Part shown: one piece after another, positions 27,366 to 42,889 of the stretch | How the letters are laid out: each line of letters begins with the position of its first letter | Numbering within the stretch: position 1 is the stretch's first letter | NCBI GenBank assembly: GCA_951406725.2 | Contig: OX597814.1 | Location: 147,188,001-147,252,000 of the forward strand | Direction: 5' to 3' | Source: Octopus vulgaris | Lineage: Eukaryota | DNA: 64,000 nucleotides | Notes under the pieces: model-generated | The model's input: only the letters and a program-made list of their open reading frames with translations | Databases searched by the model: none | Told to the model about the DNA's origin: nothing | Position numbers and translations under genes: made by a program

Positions 27366-28260
27366 ATTTTGAGACGAGCCGAAAGTTCAGACGTGATAGA
27401 TTACAGAGTGCATATTAGTTGACCGCAGCGGTTGAAGCCGTGGAATGTACCCCCTGAGGTTGGTTGTTTCATGGATATTGGTGCGCTTATATATTGTGCA
27501 TTGCTTCATTTCGTGTGTGATTTGAAAACGCACAGATGAACGTGAAACGGAGTCTATTTGGGAAAGTTATGCATTACAACTGGACCATTATGCTATGGAA
27601 ACAGCCCAATCGATTTGTTGTGCGAAAGATGAAGGTGGTGTTTATCACAGTAGTGTAACCTGATGGTTTGAGAAGGTTCGCTCGGGCTCCAAGGGACTCG
27701 ATGATCTGTTAAGGTCAGGTAGGCATAAAAACAGGAATTCCGAGGCCGTGCTCGAAGTCAGAGAGGAGAATACGGCGAGTAGCATTCGGAAAGTATCTGA
27801 CGAGCTCAGCATACCACGCATGTATGATCCTGTGCAGCAACATACCCGACATTGGTTAACAGAGAGCGAACTCTTCTGCAGCAAGACAATGCAATACGTC
27901 AACCGCTTGAATAACTGTATGAAGTCCTGGAACTTAAGGGGATCGGAATGGTGCCATACCCAGCACATAGTCTAGGCCTAACACCGTCGGGTAATCATTT
28001 ATTGCAATCTATGCCTCACTTCTTGCGCTCGTGACGTTTCATCGACCAATAGAATGTGGAAGCTTCATTGAATGGGTTTTTCGCCAAGAAGAATAAGAAC
28101 TGGTATCAACGTAGGATAAAAAAAAAAACTGGCAGAAAGATAGCTTCAGACGGCGCAACAGATGGTCTCTACTTTGAATGAAAAGCTGCTGTTTCTATAG
28201 CTTGACTAATACAGCAATTTTTACCAAAATACTGCAAAATGTCTGACTCATCTTGCAATA
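27366..28260 (+). mobile_element. Internally deleted mariner element
   Basis: AMETAQSICCAKDEGGVYHSSVT*WFEKVRSGSKGLDDLLRSGRHK (HTH region). VPYPAHSLGLTPSGNHLLQSMPHFL (decayed HPPYSPDLAPSDYHLF). WYQRRIK..LAER..DGLYFE* C-terminus. Weakly matching ends. Confidence 0.82.
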
Positions 28261-28963
28261 CTATGGTGCAGCAAATTATGCTACAGAATACCATACATAT
28301 ATAAATGTAAAATTAAAATTAACTGATTACCATCTGTCGGTTAATCACAAGAATAAAAAATTGGTTACGTTAACAGCAAAATAAAAACGAAAGTATATCA
28401 TGTATGTTATCAAATATAAAATTTAAGTAAAACGTTATTGCTAATTAACAAAAGAATTCAGATGCAGAGTGTTCAAAAATGTGAAATCCTGTAGAACAAA
28501 ATGAAAGATGTTACGTTATGATCACTGGCCAAAGCAGCAAGGACAAACTCACCAGATATCTGTTCTTCAGTATGAAATGAGAAAAGGAACGATTCAATGA
28601 TTGTGATAGTAAGGCAATTTGTATACGCAAAACGTGACGCATATATACAGATACACGTGTCAACGAGTGAAAACTCATGCATTATCGGAACCATACAAGT
28701 AAATACAAATGCTATGTAGAGGAATAATCTTAACTGTGAATTTATAGATTCTTATAGATTGTCCATGTCTGTGTTTTAGTTTGCATGCCTGCAAATAATA
28801 TATGTCTTGGATGAATAGCAATGACTTCGAGCATCATATCTATGTATGTATGTATGTATGTATGTATGTATGTATGTATGTATGTATGTATGTATGTATG
28901 TATGTATGTATGTATGAATCTATCTATCAATCTGTCTATCTATCTATCTATCTATATATCTAT

Positions 28964-29006
<43 letters not shown>

Positions 29007-29079
29007 TATGAATAAAAGTATTATCCAATTTATTATATTATATACATATATACGTATTTGTATAATCATACACACACAC

Positions 29080-29149
<70 letters not shown>

Positions 29150-29311
29150 TGTGTGTGTATATATATATATATATGATGGCCTGCGCGCTTAGCCAGCGGG
29201 GTGGCTCACTTGAAGGCTAAAAGTGACCGATAGAATAAGTCCTGGATCGATTTGCTCGACTAAAGGCGGTGCTCCATCATGGCAACAGTCAAATGACTTA
29301 AACAAATAACA

Positions 29312-29364
<53 letters not shown>

Positions 29365-30203
29365 ATACACATTACACGCGGACACACATCACACACACAT
29401 ACACACACACATATATGTATATATATACATACCCGATTTTGAATATCTATTTTGTACATAATCCATTGTAAAAAATTCGGAAGCATAGGTTATCACTCTA
29501 AAAGATGCAAGCCTCACAATTTTGTATCACGATTCTACATGATTTACAAAATTACTATTGTAAAGATGGAGATTCTAAAAGTGAAGGTTTCATAAAATTC
29601 AAAATACGACAGCAAAATGTTAAAGGGTAATGCCTTTCCAAATAAGACTGAACGTAGAAAACGTAAGGAAAAACCAAATTTATTAACCTCGCGTTTTGAT
29701 TTTGATGATAATCGAAGATAAAAATTAATTCATAAAGCTCTGTAGCTGAATATACATTATCCCTTGCCATATACCTGGTTTAATATATCTTCGATTTAAT
29801 GGGCGCGAAACACCAAAATAAGTAGTTTGTTCTGCGAAAATTATAGTTTTGGGGTCCCCCTCTTTTAGCGCTTTAGAGTTAATTCGTTTCTTCGTCCCCC
29901 TCCAAAGCTATTAAATATTTTTGTGCCTGTCTACAGCAAATATCGTAATAAATAGATGAAAATACAGTGCAGAGTGTTTACTACATCAAACGATGAGATT
30001 ACAGACGATATAGGAGGACGCTTCGTTTTGATATCTTCCATATTTGTACCATAAAATATTGCGTAAATTGGGTGCTGACAGTTTTCCAATATATATCTAT
30101 ATCTCTATGTATGTATGTATCTAGCTATCTCTTTTTATATGTATACACACACACAAATATATATATATATATATACACACACGAACACACACACATATAC
30201 ACA

Positions 30204-30279
<76 letters not shown>

Positions 30280-31625
30280 TGGATATATATATAAATATAT
30301 ACAGATAATACATATAGATATAAATATATATACCTGCATATATATGTCAGCATACATATTGGGGATTGTGTGTATATGTGTGTGCTTGTGTGTATGACTG
30401 TGCTTGTATGTATGTGTGTGTGTCAGTTTGTATGTGCGTGTGTGTGTAAAGAGAGAGATAGAGAGTTAGAAAGACCGAATGTTCAAACGTTTTGTGTATA
30501 TGTGTCTGTTTAACCAAATGGAGATAAAACGTTCTATAATAATCATCTACATTCATAGCGTACACTAGTTTGGTGCCTTGGTGTCCAGGATTCTAATCCT
30601 GTTGGGTCTCACATTTGATTTCATTTCTCGTCAATGAACACAACGTGTTAGTCTGTAAACACAAATTATCCTAATACTAATTGAATTATATAATCTATAT
30701 GTCTACATATATATCCATACACACATTTGCTTTCTGCTAGACGTTGATTGCTCTGATAAATATCTCCCTCATATGTGGGAACTTCGATGGCTGTGCTTCT
30801 TCAAGAGCAGCATCAAGAGATCTGCACGAGCGACTGGTACGTACATGAAAATTCCGCACGCAGGCGCTCACTCCCACACACATGTACTCGCACAAATTCC
30901 CACCTATTTGTCTATATATGTATGTAAGTAGACACTTATGTACGTAATCAGATATGAATGTGTGTATGTATGTATATACGTATGTCTGTATGCATATTTA
31001 CATGAATGTATATATGTATATTTATATGTATGTATCAATATGGATTCCTGAGTGTTTGGGTTTATTAACATATAAAAAAATACACATTAAATACAGTAGA
31101 AGCTGGCCATTTTTCATTTCTTGTATATCATGTTATTTCATTGCTGAGTATTCAAATTATTTAAGTAGGAAAGGTGCGTGAAAATATATGCAATCTACAA
31201 TAATACTGAACATTTATTAATTCCGTGTATTATAACCATTTGATTCATGGCCGAACACCTTTTCAAAATCAACTTACATTCGTCCATTAAAAATAATACG
31301 CAGCATCCGTCATATTCATATTTTCATTAGCAAAATATAGTGACATATTTATGCCTTTTCTATTAGATGGCAAAAACAAATTTAAGCAATCAAGTTACGT
31401 TTGTTCTGACTTGTTAAATAACTGAATGTTTATTTTCATTACATAATCAAGTTTCAATCATTGGAGTCGCCTCAATGTCACTATATATGAAATAATAATT
31501 ATACATATATACATGAAAGCAGCACCCCGTCACACACTCAGACACACACACACACACACATAATTGCATACAAGAAGGTATATATACATATACATATACA
31601 TACACATATATATAAATATATATAC

Positions 31626-31669
<44 letters not shown>

Positions 31670-31721
31670 CATACATACATACACATACATACATACATAC
31701 ATACATACATACATACATACA

Positions 31722-31784
<63 letters not shown>

Positions 31785-32322
31785 GGCAAGTAAGTAAGTG
31801 GAGAGGATACAAAATGGACATATATCAGCCGGTAAAATTTCTAGTATATCTATTTATTCCAATGTCTTAGAATATTAGATGAATACATACACATTTATTA
31901 GTAGTGCAGCATATCAAATATAAATAGTGGGTAATTGCAAGAACAAGGATGTGGAAGCATATAATCATATAATAATCATATAGGAACAGGTGGGTACATT
32001 ACCAGCATTATATTGATTTGGTGCTATCCCTTAGATGGTTTTTCAAACTCTAACTCACACAGAAATATTTACATACACAGACACACATACACAGCCCCCC
32101 CCCACATATGTATGTATGTATGTATATATATTTATAAATATACACATACTCATATATAATTAAAATACTGAGGGTAGAAATTGATATCAATCAATTGACA
32201 TCAAGTTAAACCAGAGGTCTAGCATATTCAAAAAAACATCCGAAGATTTAAAAATTATACTACAATTAATAAGAGGAATGACCACTAAAGTGGATTTCAC
32301 ATATTCATATATATATATATAT

Positions 32323-32356
<34 letters not shown>

Positions 32357-32357
<1 letters not shown>

Positions 32358-32564
32358 AGTTGTATACTGTCAACTTAATGTTGACTCAGAAACATGTCTC
32401 TGAGTGCAAGCCTAGCGGTTGGGGGTGCTTGTCTCCCCTTTGTAAACATAAGGACACAGGAAATGTTTCAAGGCCGACAGGAAGCGTTGATGCTTCCAAG
32501 GGCTAAATAGCAATGTGTGATTCCCTTTTTGAGACTGTCACGTTAAGTGGACAGTATACAACTA
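32357..32564. mobile_element. ~208-bp MITE
   Basis: CAGTTGTATACTGTCAACTTAATG vs reverse complement of right end TAGTTGTATACTGTCCACTTAACG, 21/24; no coding capacity. Confidence 0.75.
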
Positions 32565-33562
32565 GACTATCGTTCCACCACCGCTTATATATCTCTGAGA
32601 TATTTAGATATTGAATATTTCTAATATATATATATATATATAAATACATAATTATCTCTATAAAATTGTGTGTGCGTATGCATAGACGTATGTATACATA
32701 TATGTATACATATATATTAGACAAATACATATATAATACATATATTCATACATACATGCATAGGTACATACACAATAGGAAGGGTTATGCTTTTAGAATT
32801 TAACGGTCTGATGATTTTGAAGTATATAAGCCTTCTTATATACATATTATATTAATATTCACAATCACATTCACACACATACATTCATATATGAATGGCA
32901 GCAAGTACATTCATATACATTCATATACAAATACGTATTCTCGCCGCGCGAACATCTACACCTACTCGCACACAGATACAAGCCTGTTCTAGCGCAAAGT
33001 ATTAATTTAAAATAGAAGATCAATAATTAGCTTAATTGCTCAAAAGAATTTGTATTATTATGTTGTAAGTGTATCGATGTATAGAAGATATTTGTACACA
33101 TATATATATATAGACGATCGTCACGCAAATACTTTCTTACGATATATCAAAACGTATCAAGCTATTGCGCTCACAGTTATAAGAGATATGGCATGTTTAC
33201 TATACTTAGGATTACGTAAAATGGATTTGGAACCAATAAACTAAAAGTAAGGGAAGATATCAAATAAAAATAATTAATAATATAAGAAAACAGGAAAACA
33301 AAAATACGGCAACGTATCGTACGGGTAGCTTAGATCAAAAAGCAATCTCATTTATCTATATTTTAGAGGTAAGTAGTTATATTAATATAGCTTTAGATTA
33401 CGGACTATTTGATTCATTAGCACTATAGATATAATGAGTATTAATGGAACATATATTGACATCGTGCAACTGATTTATACGAAATATTTATAGATAATTA
33501 ATTATATATTATAACGATATTCACCAATTAAAATTTATATTTATGTCTGTCTGTCTATCTTT

Positions 33563-33602
<40 letters not shown>

Positions 33603-33631
33603 ATCTATCTATCTATCTATCTATCTATATA

Positions 33632-33726
<95 letters not shown>

Positions 33727-33917
33727 GCAGTTTTCGAAATCAGGATCACTAATAACAAAAAAATTCGAGACGCTAATATCTAAGTAATCAGATATAACTT
33801 GTAGGAAGAAAAAGACTAGAATAGAACATTTGACAGTCTGCGTATAAGGGGCGAATGCATGAACGTTTCAGACATAAAAAAATGTTCACTGTTCAACATA
33901 TTTCTTCATTAAATTAT

Positions 33918-33948
<31 letters not shown>

Positions 33949-35659
33949 ATTGTATATGTGTGTGATATGTATATAAGTATATATTTTAAGCATAAATCAC
34001 AATGGGGATAATTTTGGCTATATGATTAGAGCTTATCCCTATGGTCAAAAAGAGACGGGTTAAATATTCTGAGAGAATTGTAATCAAAGCAAAATGTCAA
34101 AAACTCAAGAAACATTTATCAATTAAAAGGTCGCAAGAGCAAATAAAATAGGAAGAAAATATTTCTGGGAAGTTCATCTATCATATATAATTTGATATTG
34201 TATTGGTAAGATAAATTATTCGTTTATGATTTTCTTCATTCATTCCGTTGTTAACGAAGTTGTTTTTGCAGATATGAGACAAATAACGACGTTGTTTTTG
34301 ATGTTATCTTTACCATTCCGTTTGTTTTATTCATTTGTAATTAAATATCGAATATCGGTCCCATATGAATAGGAAAAGATATTTAATCATAACAAAACAA
34401 AAACGTTTGAAGCAGTGTTTAGAAACACGCAAATAGAATTTCGACAAACGCACATACAAATACAAATACACACTAGCATGCCCATAAACAATAGTAGATG
34501 CAAGCACGACTATGTCTTTCACCTCTCTCTCTTTCTCTCTCTCCTCACCCATACACACACTTATTTTATGTGTGTATAAGCATGTGCATATATTCAAATA
34601 TATATATATATATTATTCTTATAAATGTACGTGACTACACATTTGTAATTTTTTTTTTGTTTCTGAACAAACTGTTGTGTGCACGGTGCGTGTATGTATA
34701 TGCGTTGTTATATGAATTTGTGTGAGTGAGTGTGTGTCTGCATAAGCATGCATATATTTGTTATGTAACTAGCCTTCTACTGTAGAAAATAATAATGATA
34801 CATAGAATAAATCTATAAACAACATATGTTGTATCTTAAGTTAATCTTTAGCTGCGTCGTGTTCAGTCATAAAAGTGGGTAAAATGGAGCATAATGTACG
34901 TATTCTGTTTCAGAGTTTCTAATATTTTAGTGTGTTGAATAAGAATAATTTAGACGTGTGAGTAAAAAAGGGTATTTTACTTGTTGATATATTTTTATTT
35001 CTGTCACTTTTCTTGTAGAATTCATACCTTTTCTATTTTTTACTGTTAGATCATCGGTCTCTAGTTTCTAGAATATATTGCGTTTAATATCACATCCACT
35101 TAATATCAATGTTTTCCCTTATCTGGATCTGAACTATTTATTCTAATTCATACAAGTACTTTGGTTTTAACTCTTAGATGTTGCGCCTAAGCCTTAACGC
35201 ATAAAGATTCTATGAACTCTACATTTCTTTACCAAAATATACCGATTCAAATAGAACACCATACACCCTAACTTAATATACTTATAATGATAATTTCTTA
35301 TAGAGACCTTAAAAATTACAAGGAAGTCCTCTTAACACACACAAATAGAAATACCTCCTATTAGAAGAGTAGTTCACTGCTTTTGTTGATGCATCCTGAT
35401 TCTCAAGTGTCTCTAAATAAATTCAGGTAATGAATTTTCTCATTAACTTCAGGGTTAATGCTAAAATTTCTCTCTTATGAGAGGTTTTTCTTCAGAGTTT
35501 CGGAATGGTTGAACTCGGGAGAAAGATTATTGAGAGATTAAACTACCGTTTGTCTGGGTATAAATTTAATTGTAATATATTGGATTTTAATAAAATAAAT
35601 ACTATTTGATGTGCGGTTGAAGTGGGGAGCCAGCAGAATTGCTGGATCTTTGCAAAATT

Positions 35660-36330
35660 ACTTTGTGACTCAAAGCACTGGTGCGGATCTTCCGTATATA
35701 TAACCCTCTAAATTCTCATCTCAGTGAATATATCTCCTTTCAAATTGTTTATATGTTCGATGAAAAATGGAACGTATTTTAATATAATTTTTTTTTTAAA
35801 TATCCCTTTTGCAGTGTTATTAAAATCAATCATGTCAAACTTCAGGAAAGACGTACTTAACGCCAGTACTATGAACTTTGCCTTTCATCCCTTTGGGACC
35901 AATGCAGTTAAGTATGAGTAAGGCATTGTGGCCGATGATATGGACTAACGCTCAAACCCTATAAATTCCTAGAAATATTGTTATAGAATTTCTCAAATAT
36001 ACTACCTCCTGTAACTATATGTGACCTATATAGCATGCAGGAATTGATGCAGCTGGTATATTCGATAGTAATATATTCTATATTTGATACTCTTAGCGAT
36101 TTATAACTTTCATCTTCAGAATCTTTAATTATCATACTTTTGTGACTCGAAGAATTGGTGCGGATGTACCGTATATAGAGCCCTCTAAATTCTTATCCCA
36201 GTGAATATATCTATCTCCTTTCAAAATCTCCCTTTATATGTTCGACGTATTGTAATATAGTTTTTTTTTTTTAATATCCCTTCTGCAGTGTTATTAAAAT
36301 CAATCATATCAAACTTCAGAAAAAGATGTA
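35660..36330 (+). repeat. Local direct duplication of ~195 bp (35660-35855 and 36136-36330)
   Basis: Shared TTTGTGACTC..TGGTGCGGAT..CCGTATATA..CCCTCTAAATTCT..CAGTGAATATATCT..TGCAGTGTTATTAAAATCAATCAT.TCAAACTTCAG. Confidence 0.9.
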
Positions 36331-37061
36331 ATGTGAATATTTCAATTATATAATTATTTTCAGATTATTGAACTTTTAGACGGAAATTAGGTGTATAAAT
36401 TATGGGTGACAGTGAATAGAATAAGGATGAATCGAAATTAATTTACTCGTAACAGAGTACATGTTACAGGAAGTATTTTATAATTCAAGACTACAAGTTA
36501 TTATATGTGGAGTAAAAGCAATCGATTCAGAAATTAAATTATTCAGTTAGCTCGATATTTTTTATTGTGAGGACATGAACTTCTTTCAAATCTTTATCAT
36601 AACTATAAACAAGCGTTTTGGAATTCATTCTGCAGTTTATTAAACATTGCTCAGCTAAAATTACATTAAATACCAGCCAATTTGAAATTTCAGGATAAAA
36701 GCAGATAGGGAAGACATTCCAACACTAAAACTGCAACTCGCGAAATTCCCAATTTTCATTTTATTTACGCATTCCCTTTTACCTCTCCATACATTAAGTC
36801 TTTTACATTTTTTTAGCTAATGTTACCTTAAGGAATAGGTTTTGATTATTTATAATAACGGTCCCTAATGCAAGCACTCCCAATATATGACTATATACTC
36901 CCTCCACAGACATAAACCACGCAATGCATGCAAAAATGTGTGTGTGTGTGTGTAAATGCATACGTTTTGTTTACCTTGTTGATTGAAGTGGGTTCGGTCT
37001 CAAATAAGTAATTTTGATAGTAATATAATATTAAGTATATACATACACAAACACACACACG

Positions 37062-37110
<49 letters not shown>

Positions 37111-37347
37111 GAAATAGGTCTCAAAGAAAAAACACTTCACGTGGTATAAATAGGGGAAAAGTAAAACTAAAACAAGAATGCACATTAGATATACAGGTTC
37201 TTTTCAAGAAAATCAAAGATATATACATACAATTAGATTATCTGAGGTGGAATTATGAAGTATAAAAATGATTATTATGCATCATTATAGAGATTCAAAG
37301 TCATACCGGTTCCATCAGAGCTGATCACTAACTTTATATATATAAGA

Positions 37348-37378
<31 letters not shown>

Positions 37379-39268
37379 CATATATATAAGAGTATTTATA
37401 TATATGTGTATACTCTTAGTTATTCCTTAATAATTTACATGAGACATGAAATGACGAATTATATATACACACGTACACAGCACCCATCACATATCTCTCT
37501 CTCTCTCTCTCTCACACACACATGATGCGTTTTTATATGGATGCGGTACTATTTTGAATAAATGTAAGATTGCTTTTCAAGAATTCCTGTTATCTCACTG
37601 TCACTCTGACCCTTTTGTTTTCATCTAGAGAAAAAATTTTGCATATTACAGAAACAATGAGAACATTTTTCTAAACTGAAACATACAAATAATTGGCTCA
37701 GTACATGAATGATAGAACGATAAAACATGATATAATTCTATAAATATGACAACAAAATTTTTGTTTCAGAAAAATATTAAAAATCGATTAATGATAATGA
37801 TGTAAGTAATTCAGACTAAAGGAAAGAATTATTCAGATTAATAGATTTAAAATTAAACACAATATCAAGTTTGGCATATTTCCTGTAGTAGTTATCCAAT
37901 AAACAGAAAGATAACAATAAGTTTTGTAATCTATTAAATAAAATACGATATGACTAGTAGACAAATGCAAATCATAACAAATATTATAAACAAAGATAGC
38001 AACAAAAAAATTATAATAGTGATCAGAGAATTCAAATATGCGTGATAAACAAAGAAAAAAAATCAATAGGAATTTCTGAAGAACGTGGGTAAAGTTATAG
38101 AATTTATCTTTCTTTCATATTGGCAACATTTGTTTTGCAAAGAAGCAACTAGTATGTTCCCCAATACTCGATAACGTCAAAACGCATTAATACATTTAGG
38201 AAGATATGAATTATTTCACCGTTTTTGTTTTCTAACACCGTGCCAATTATGGAATATTTCGCCAAACTTTCAATCATTATCATTCCGTGAATTTATAATA
38301 ATGTTAGGTTTTTTTCAAGCAATACGCACAATTGATGCATCAACATTTTAAACTTGAAAAAGATGTCACAAAGAAAAAGTTAGCGAATAATAAAAAGGGG
38401 AAAACAAAATCCGAATATTGGATATATGTTAGTTAAAACGAATATGTTGAAAGTTTTTAGCCAGCTTAAACGCACATTTGTTCAGCTGTTTCAATATTTC
38501 TTACGCAATACTAAATATCAAACAGAGTTAAAATTTATATGTTTGGTTTTTTTACTTATACAGGTCGTAGGAATAATATTAGAAATAATCTGTTGAAATA
38601 TGATTTACAAGAGCACGAAAGCTCTTAGCGAAGAAAAAATGAATAAAGTAAACGAAGAGAAAATAGAATATATGTGTATGTAAGCGTTTGTGTATTTGTG
38701 CATATAAGTCTATATGCATGAACAAAGACCAAAGAAATGCTTATTAGTATAACTCTTTAGGTGTTAGTGTGTTTAATAATTATAGAGATGATAAACCTTT
38801 TACTAACAACGACAGCGAAGTGAATGTTTATAATGATAACTCAATGATAATGATGGTGATCACTTTTATAGTAGCAAGTGTAATAATAACTAATAGTATT
38901 TTTGATTTATTTTTCGATTTGCTTTAGATATTATTTTCCTTTTGTTGGTTTGTTAGGACAAAATACAGAGACTTGAAATCTAAAGGAATTTCTAACTGTA
39001 ATTCTATCAAACTGCATTGATAAGGTAAGTGGGAGATACAATTTGTAGAGCTCTGAAGTTGAAAGAATGTCGTAAAATTATAGTGGTGGGAAACTGAAGA
39101 TATGGAGAAAGCAGCTAACGAATCAATGCCATGACAAAAAGATCAAAGACCTCATGCCAACAGATATAATGAGATAAATTTATATCTTCTGAACCTGAGT
39201 TGTAAAAAGACAATATCAATAATAGAAGGGATAATAGTGAAACACGAAATAAAGCGAGTGAGATAGAA

Positions 39269-39299
<31 letters not shown>

Positions 39300-39660
39300 A
39301 GGAAAAATAGAGAGGCAAACAATGTAGAATCGAACAGAAAAAGCTGTACCTATAAGATAATGAAAACCCTCAATTCTTCTGCAGTTTTGTTGGTACACTA
39401 AATATTCGACCATAGCGATATTTCCATCTGTATACCTGTCGTACTTATACTCACAATCACTTAAGTTACTCAATTTAAAGGTCCATTCAATGCGATTCTG
39501 ACAACCTTGCGACTCTCTGTTGAGCGACCTTTATTTCTCTCGCATATACGTTGTGGTTTTTTAACACTACATTGATAAGAGTATTTATGTCCAAACAAAC
39601 CCGCATACATTCCTTTACAATGCTGTACGTTCGTTAGACATCATACTTAGCTCTATCTCG

Positions 39661-39709
<49 letters not shown>

Positions 39710-39731
39710 CATCACGAATGACTCCGGTGAT

Positions 39732-39817
39732 TTGGTACGATCGTTTCGTACTACATCATTTCATTAAATGTTGTAAGTATTACAACAGTTTTAAAATGCT
39801 TAGCACTCATCAGCCAA
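39732..39817 (-). ncRNA. Type I hammerhead ribozyme, canonical core, extended stem II
   Basis: Minus strand: TTGG-CTGATGA-GTGCTA..TGTTGTAA TAC TTACAACA..TAGTAC-GAAA-CGATCG-TA-CCAA. 4-bp stem I, perfect palindromic stem III ACGATCGT, GUA triplet. Confidence 0.85.
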
Positions 39818-40645
39818 TTATAGAGGTTTTACATTAATACAAAAATCTTCATATCAAGTGGCAACATTATAGAGAAGGTAGATACGTAGACGAAGATGTG
39901 GATTTAAATTTTAAGAACATTTGAGGTAGTGGAGCCCATCAACTGACTGACTAACATTCAGTTGTTCCAGACTACTGTAAGGTTCTGAGAATGAAGAACA
40001 AATGAGAGGAGACAATAAAGATTTTCTAATTATAGAAATGGAGTAAAGGGGATGTCATAGCTCCATATAAGGAATTTATGTGGAAGGCAGCATTGTCACA
40101 ACTAAATGCCAATTACTACCTTTTGAGGAACAGATTCGGCGTTACGAGAAATAGGTCAGAGTCAATTGGTCACAATAACATTCACAGAGAATGCATAGAC
40201 CTCACAAAACCTATGCATATCATCACAACAGTTGGTCAATAAGTTCCAAGTACTCTGACACGTTAGAATAAAGGAAAAAATATAAATCCAAAATTTATTC
40301 AAATTTGGAGAAAGAGACTATCATTTATTGTGAGTAGGCATAGTACTTATTAGCTGGGGGGGGGGGGGCTTATTAATCAAGTGAACATATTAGGGTTCAA
40401 AATATATACTAAAATCAAAGAAGAAAGATATTCATAGGCTTAGTGGAAGGCGATATTTCATAATATGAAGAGAGGTAATTTAGAAGAGTAAATTATTCAA
40501 ATTTCATGGATAGTGAGTTGATATTAATGAATTCAAATATAGGATCTATTGGAAATAAAATTTACTACCTGCGGATAAAAGTTAATTAGTTGGGTAAAAA
40601 TATCTTAGATTAATTATATATTAAGAAATGGGAGTGAGATAATCA

Positions 40646-40685
<40 letters not shown>

Positions 40686-41380
40686 TATATCCTATATCAT
40701 ATGAGGCGTTTAGTAACAGATAGTCGTAAGCACCAAAACTGAAGAAAATCGCAGTCAAAGTTTCGCGACTATCAGAATGCAAGATCTTGACGAGCAAGGA
40801 AGATATAAAGCTGGATTTCATATTAAAAATCACCGTGAAAGCCTATGATTACGCCTATGTTAAATTATTTATGTATGCGTATTTCTCACTTTGTAGAATA
40901 TACTGTTCCCACGAAACGGTGTATCACATTGCATATTTTAGTTATAAGGCCCAGAAAAACACAGAGACTAGCCAAATATATTGTGTTTTAATATACCAAG
41001 GTAAGTATCCTAAAGAGTTATGTAAGATGGTAAATTATACAGTATATATCACAATTAAACAAAGGTATTTTTATTCTGATGTTTAATCTAATATCTCATT
41101 TTCTGTATTTGAAGTATACTTCGTTTTACATGATAAATATGTATTCACTAATTCATATTTATAATGCATAATTTATACATTTTAATTCTTAATATTACAA
41201 ACTATAATTTTTATTCTTAATTTTTAATTTTTAATATTTGTTTTGTAATTTTTGATCTTTAATGCTTAATTGTATTGCTTATTTTTAAAGGGATGTAAAA
41301 TTAGATTTACAATATTTCAAAATAAATAAAACCTGAAGAAATCTGACGGTTGCATATATGTATTTACATATGTATGTATG

Positions 41381-41423
<43 letters not shown>

Positions 41424-41745
41424 ATATGGATATGCAGTCGTGTATGTGTGTATATATTGTAATCTTCCAATACTGAAACACGTGTAGTTCCCTCATATCT
41501 AATAAATGTAAGTATTAACTAAAGTATGATAAAATTAATGAAGTACATTATGTACTTCAGCTGGAAATATTGGCTATATCCCTTAAGTATTATTTTGTGA
41601 TGTGCAAACTGAAACTATGTGTCTACTGTAAGATACACTCGTTAGGTAATTTTCGTATTATCTGAAATAGAATACCCGCATATCGATTAATCCCCCAAAA
41701 TCGAATATTTATATATACATATATGCATATGTATATATATATATA

Positions 41746-41842
<97 letters not shown>

Positions 41843-41922
41843 GTATATATCCATATGTCTTTATCTTTTATCTTTTATCTTTTACTTGTTTCAGCTCAGG
41901 GCTGAGGTCATGCCGGTGCACC

Positions 41923-42885
41923 ACATGTAGATCTCTAAGGTTGCCTGTAAGGATGTTGAACAATTGCGGGCTCTTCAAACTCAGACTATTGCAGTATTGT
42001 TTCCTTATTTTAGATGGGCAAGACAGGGTTTTTGGTATGATGCAGTGCTGTCCAGTTCGAGGATTGGTATAGCTGTCAATTACAAAACTGGGAGCTAATC
42101 CCTCCAAGATCTTCCATATAGATTTCACCGCATTTCTTTCTTGTCTTCTCTTCAAGGAATATAACCTCAGCTCTTTTCGTCTCTCTCAGTAGCCCATCTT
42201 TTGCAACAAGTAAATCTTCTTCGTGTATTGGCACTGGATTGCTTCGAGTTCCACAGTTTGTTTCACACTCTCTGGGGATCATATTTGGGAGCAGTAGTCC
42301 AAGCGGCTGAGAAGAAAGTCTCAATAGCAGGGCTTCACTTTTCCTGGTTCTGAATGTCTTCAGAATCCAGGCAGCCACTCGCCTGCACTGTGTTGCCATC
42401 ATGGTATTATGCACATGGAATGTTGCATCATTGCTCATGTGAACCCCCAGTTCCCGCATAGACTCTAACTCTGGGATGATATTACCTTCTGGTCCAGTGT
42501 ATTCCGATTTTTGCCTTGTGTTGGACTGAAAGTGGAGTACCTGAAATTTCATAGCATTGAACTTTATGTTTTTTTTAACACATTTATAGATTTTGTTCAG
42601 GTCCGTCTGCAATACATTTATGTCGCCAGCATAATTTATCAGATTGGCTGACTGTACATCGGAGGGCATTCTTAGAGGGCCACCGCAAATAGTAGTGGCC
42701 CCAGTATAGTTCCCTGTGGGACACCTCTGATAATTCGTGTCTCTTCAGAGTGAGCACCATTGGCTACAACTGTCTGCCCTTCAGAAAATCATGCAGCCAC
42801 TCTCCCAGTTATTCGGTAAGACAAAAGTTTCGCAGGTTGTGACATATTATGGCATGATCAACCTTGTCGAAGACCTTGGCAATGT
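41923..42885 (-). mobile_element. CR1-group LINE reverse transcriptase fragment (decayed)
   Basis: Minus strand DIAKVFDKVDH, GVPQGTILGPLLF, NYAGD (YADD), LQTDLNKIY..FNAMKFQVLHF, RELGVHMSNDATFHVH..WILKTFRTR (ORF 42076-42669), [29 protein letters not shown] (ORF 41868-42155). Confidence 0.88.
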
Positions 42886-42889
42886 CAGT

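Noticed and set aside
39090-39120. CTGAAGA-TATGGA-GAAA-GCAGC-TA
   Set aside because: No stem I and only a 1-bp stem II; chance match.
41330-41490. CTGAAGA at ~41333 paired with GAAACACGTGTA at 41475 as one ribozyme
   Set aside because: Separated by a microsatellite with no stem II; only the 3' half is convincing.
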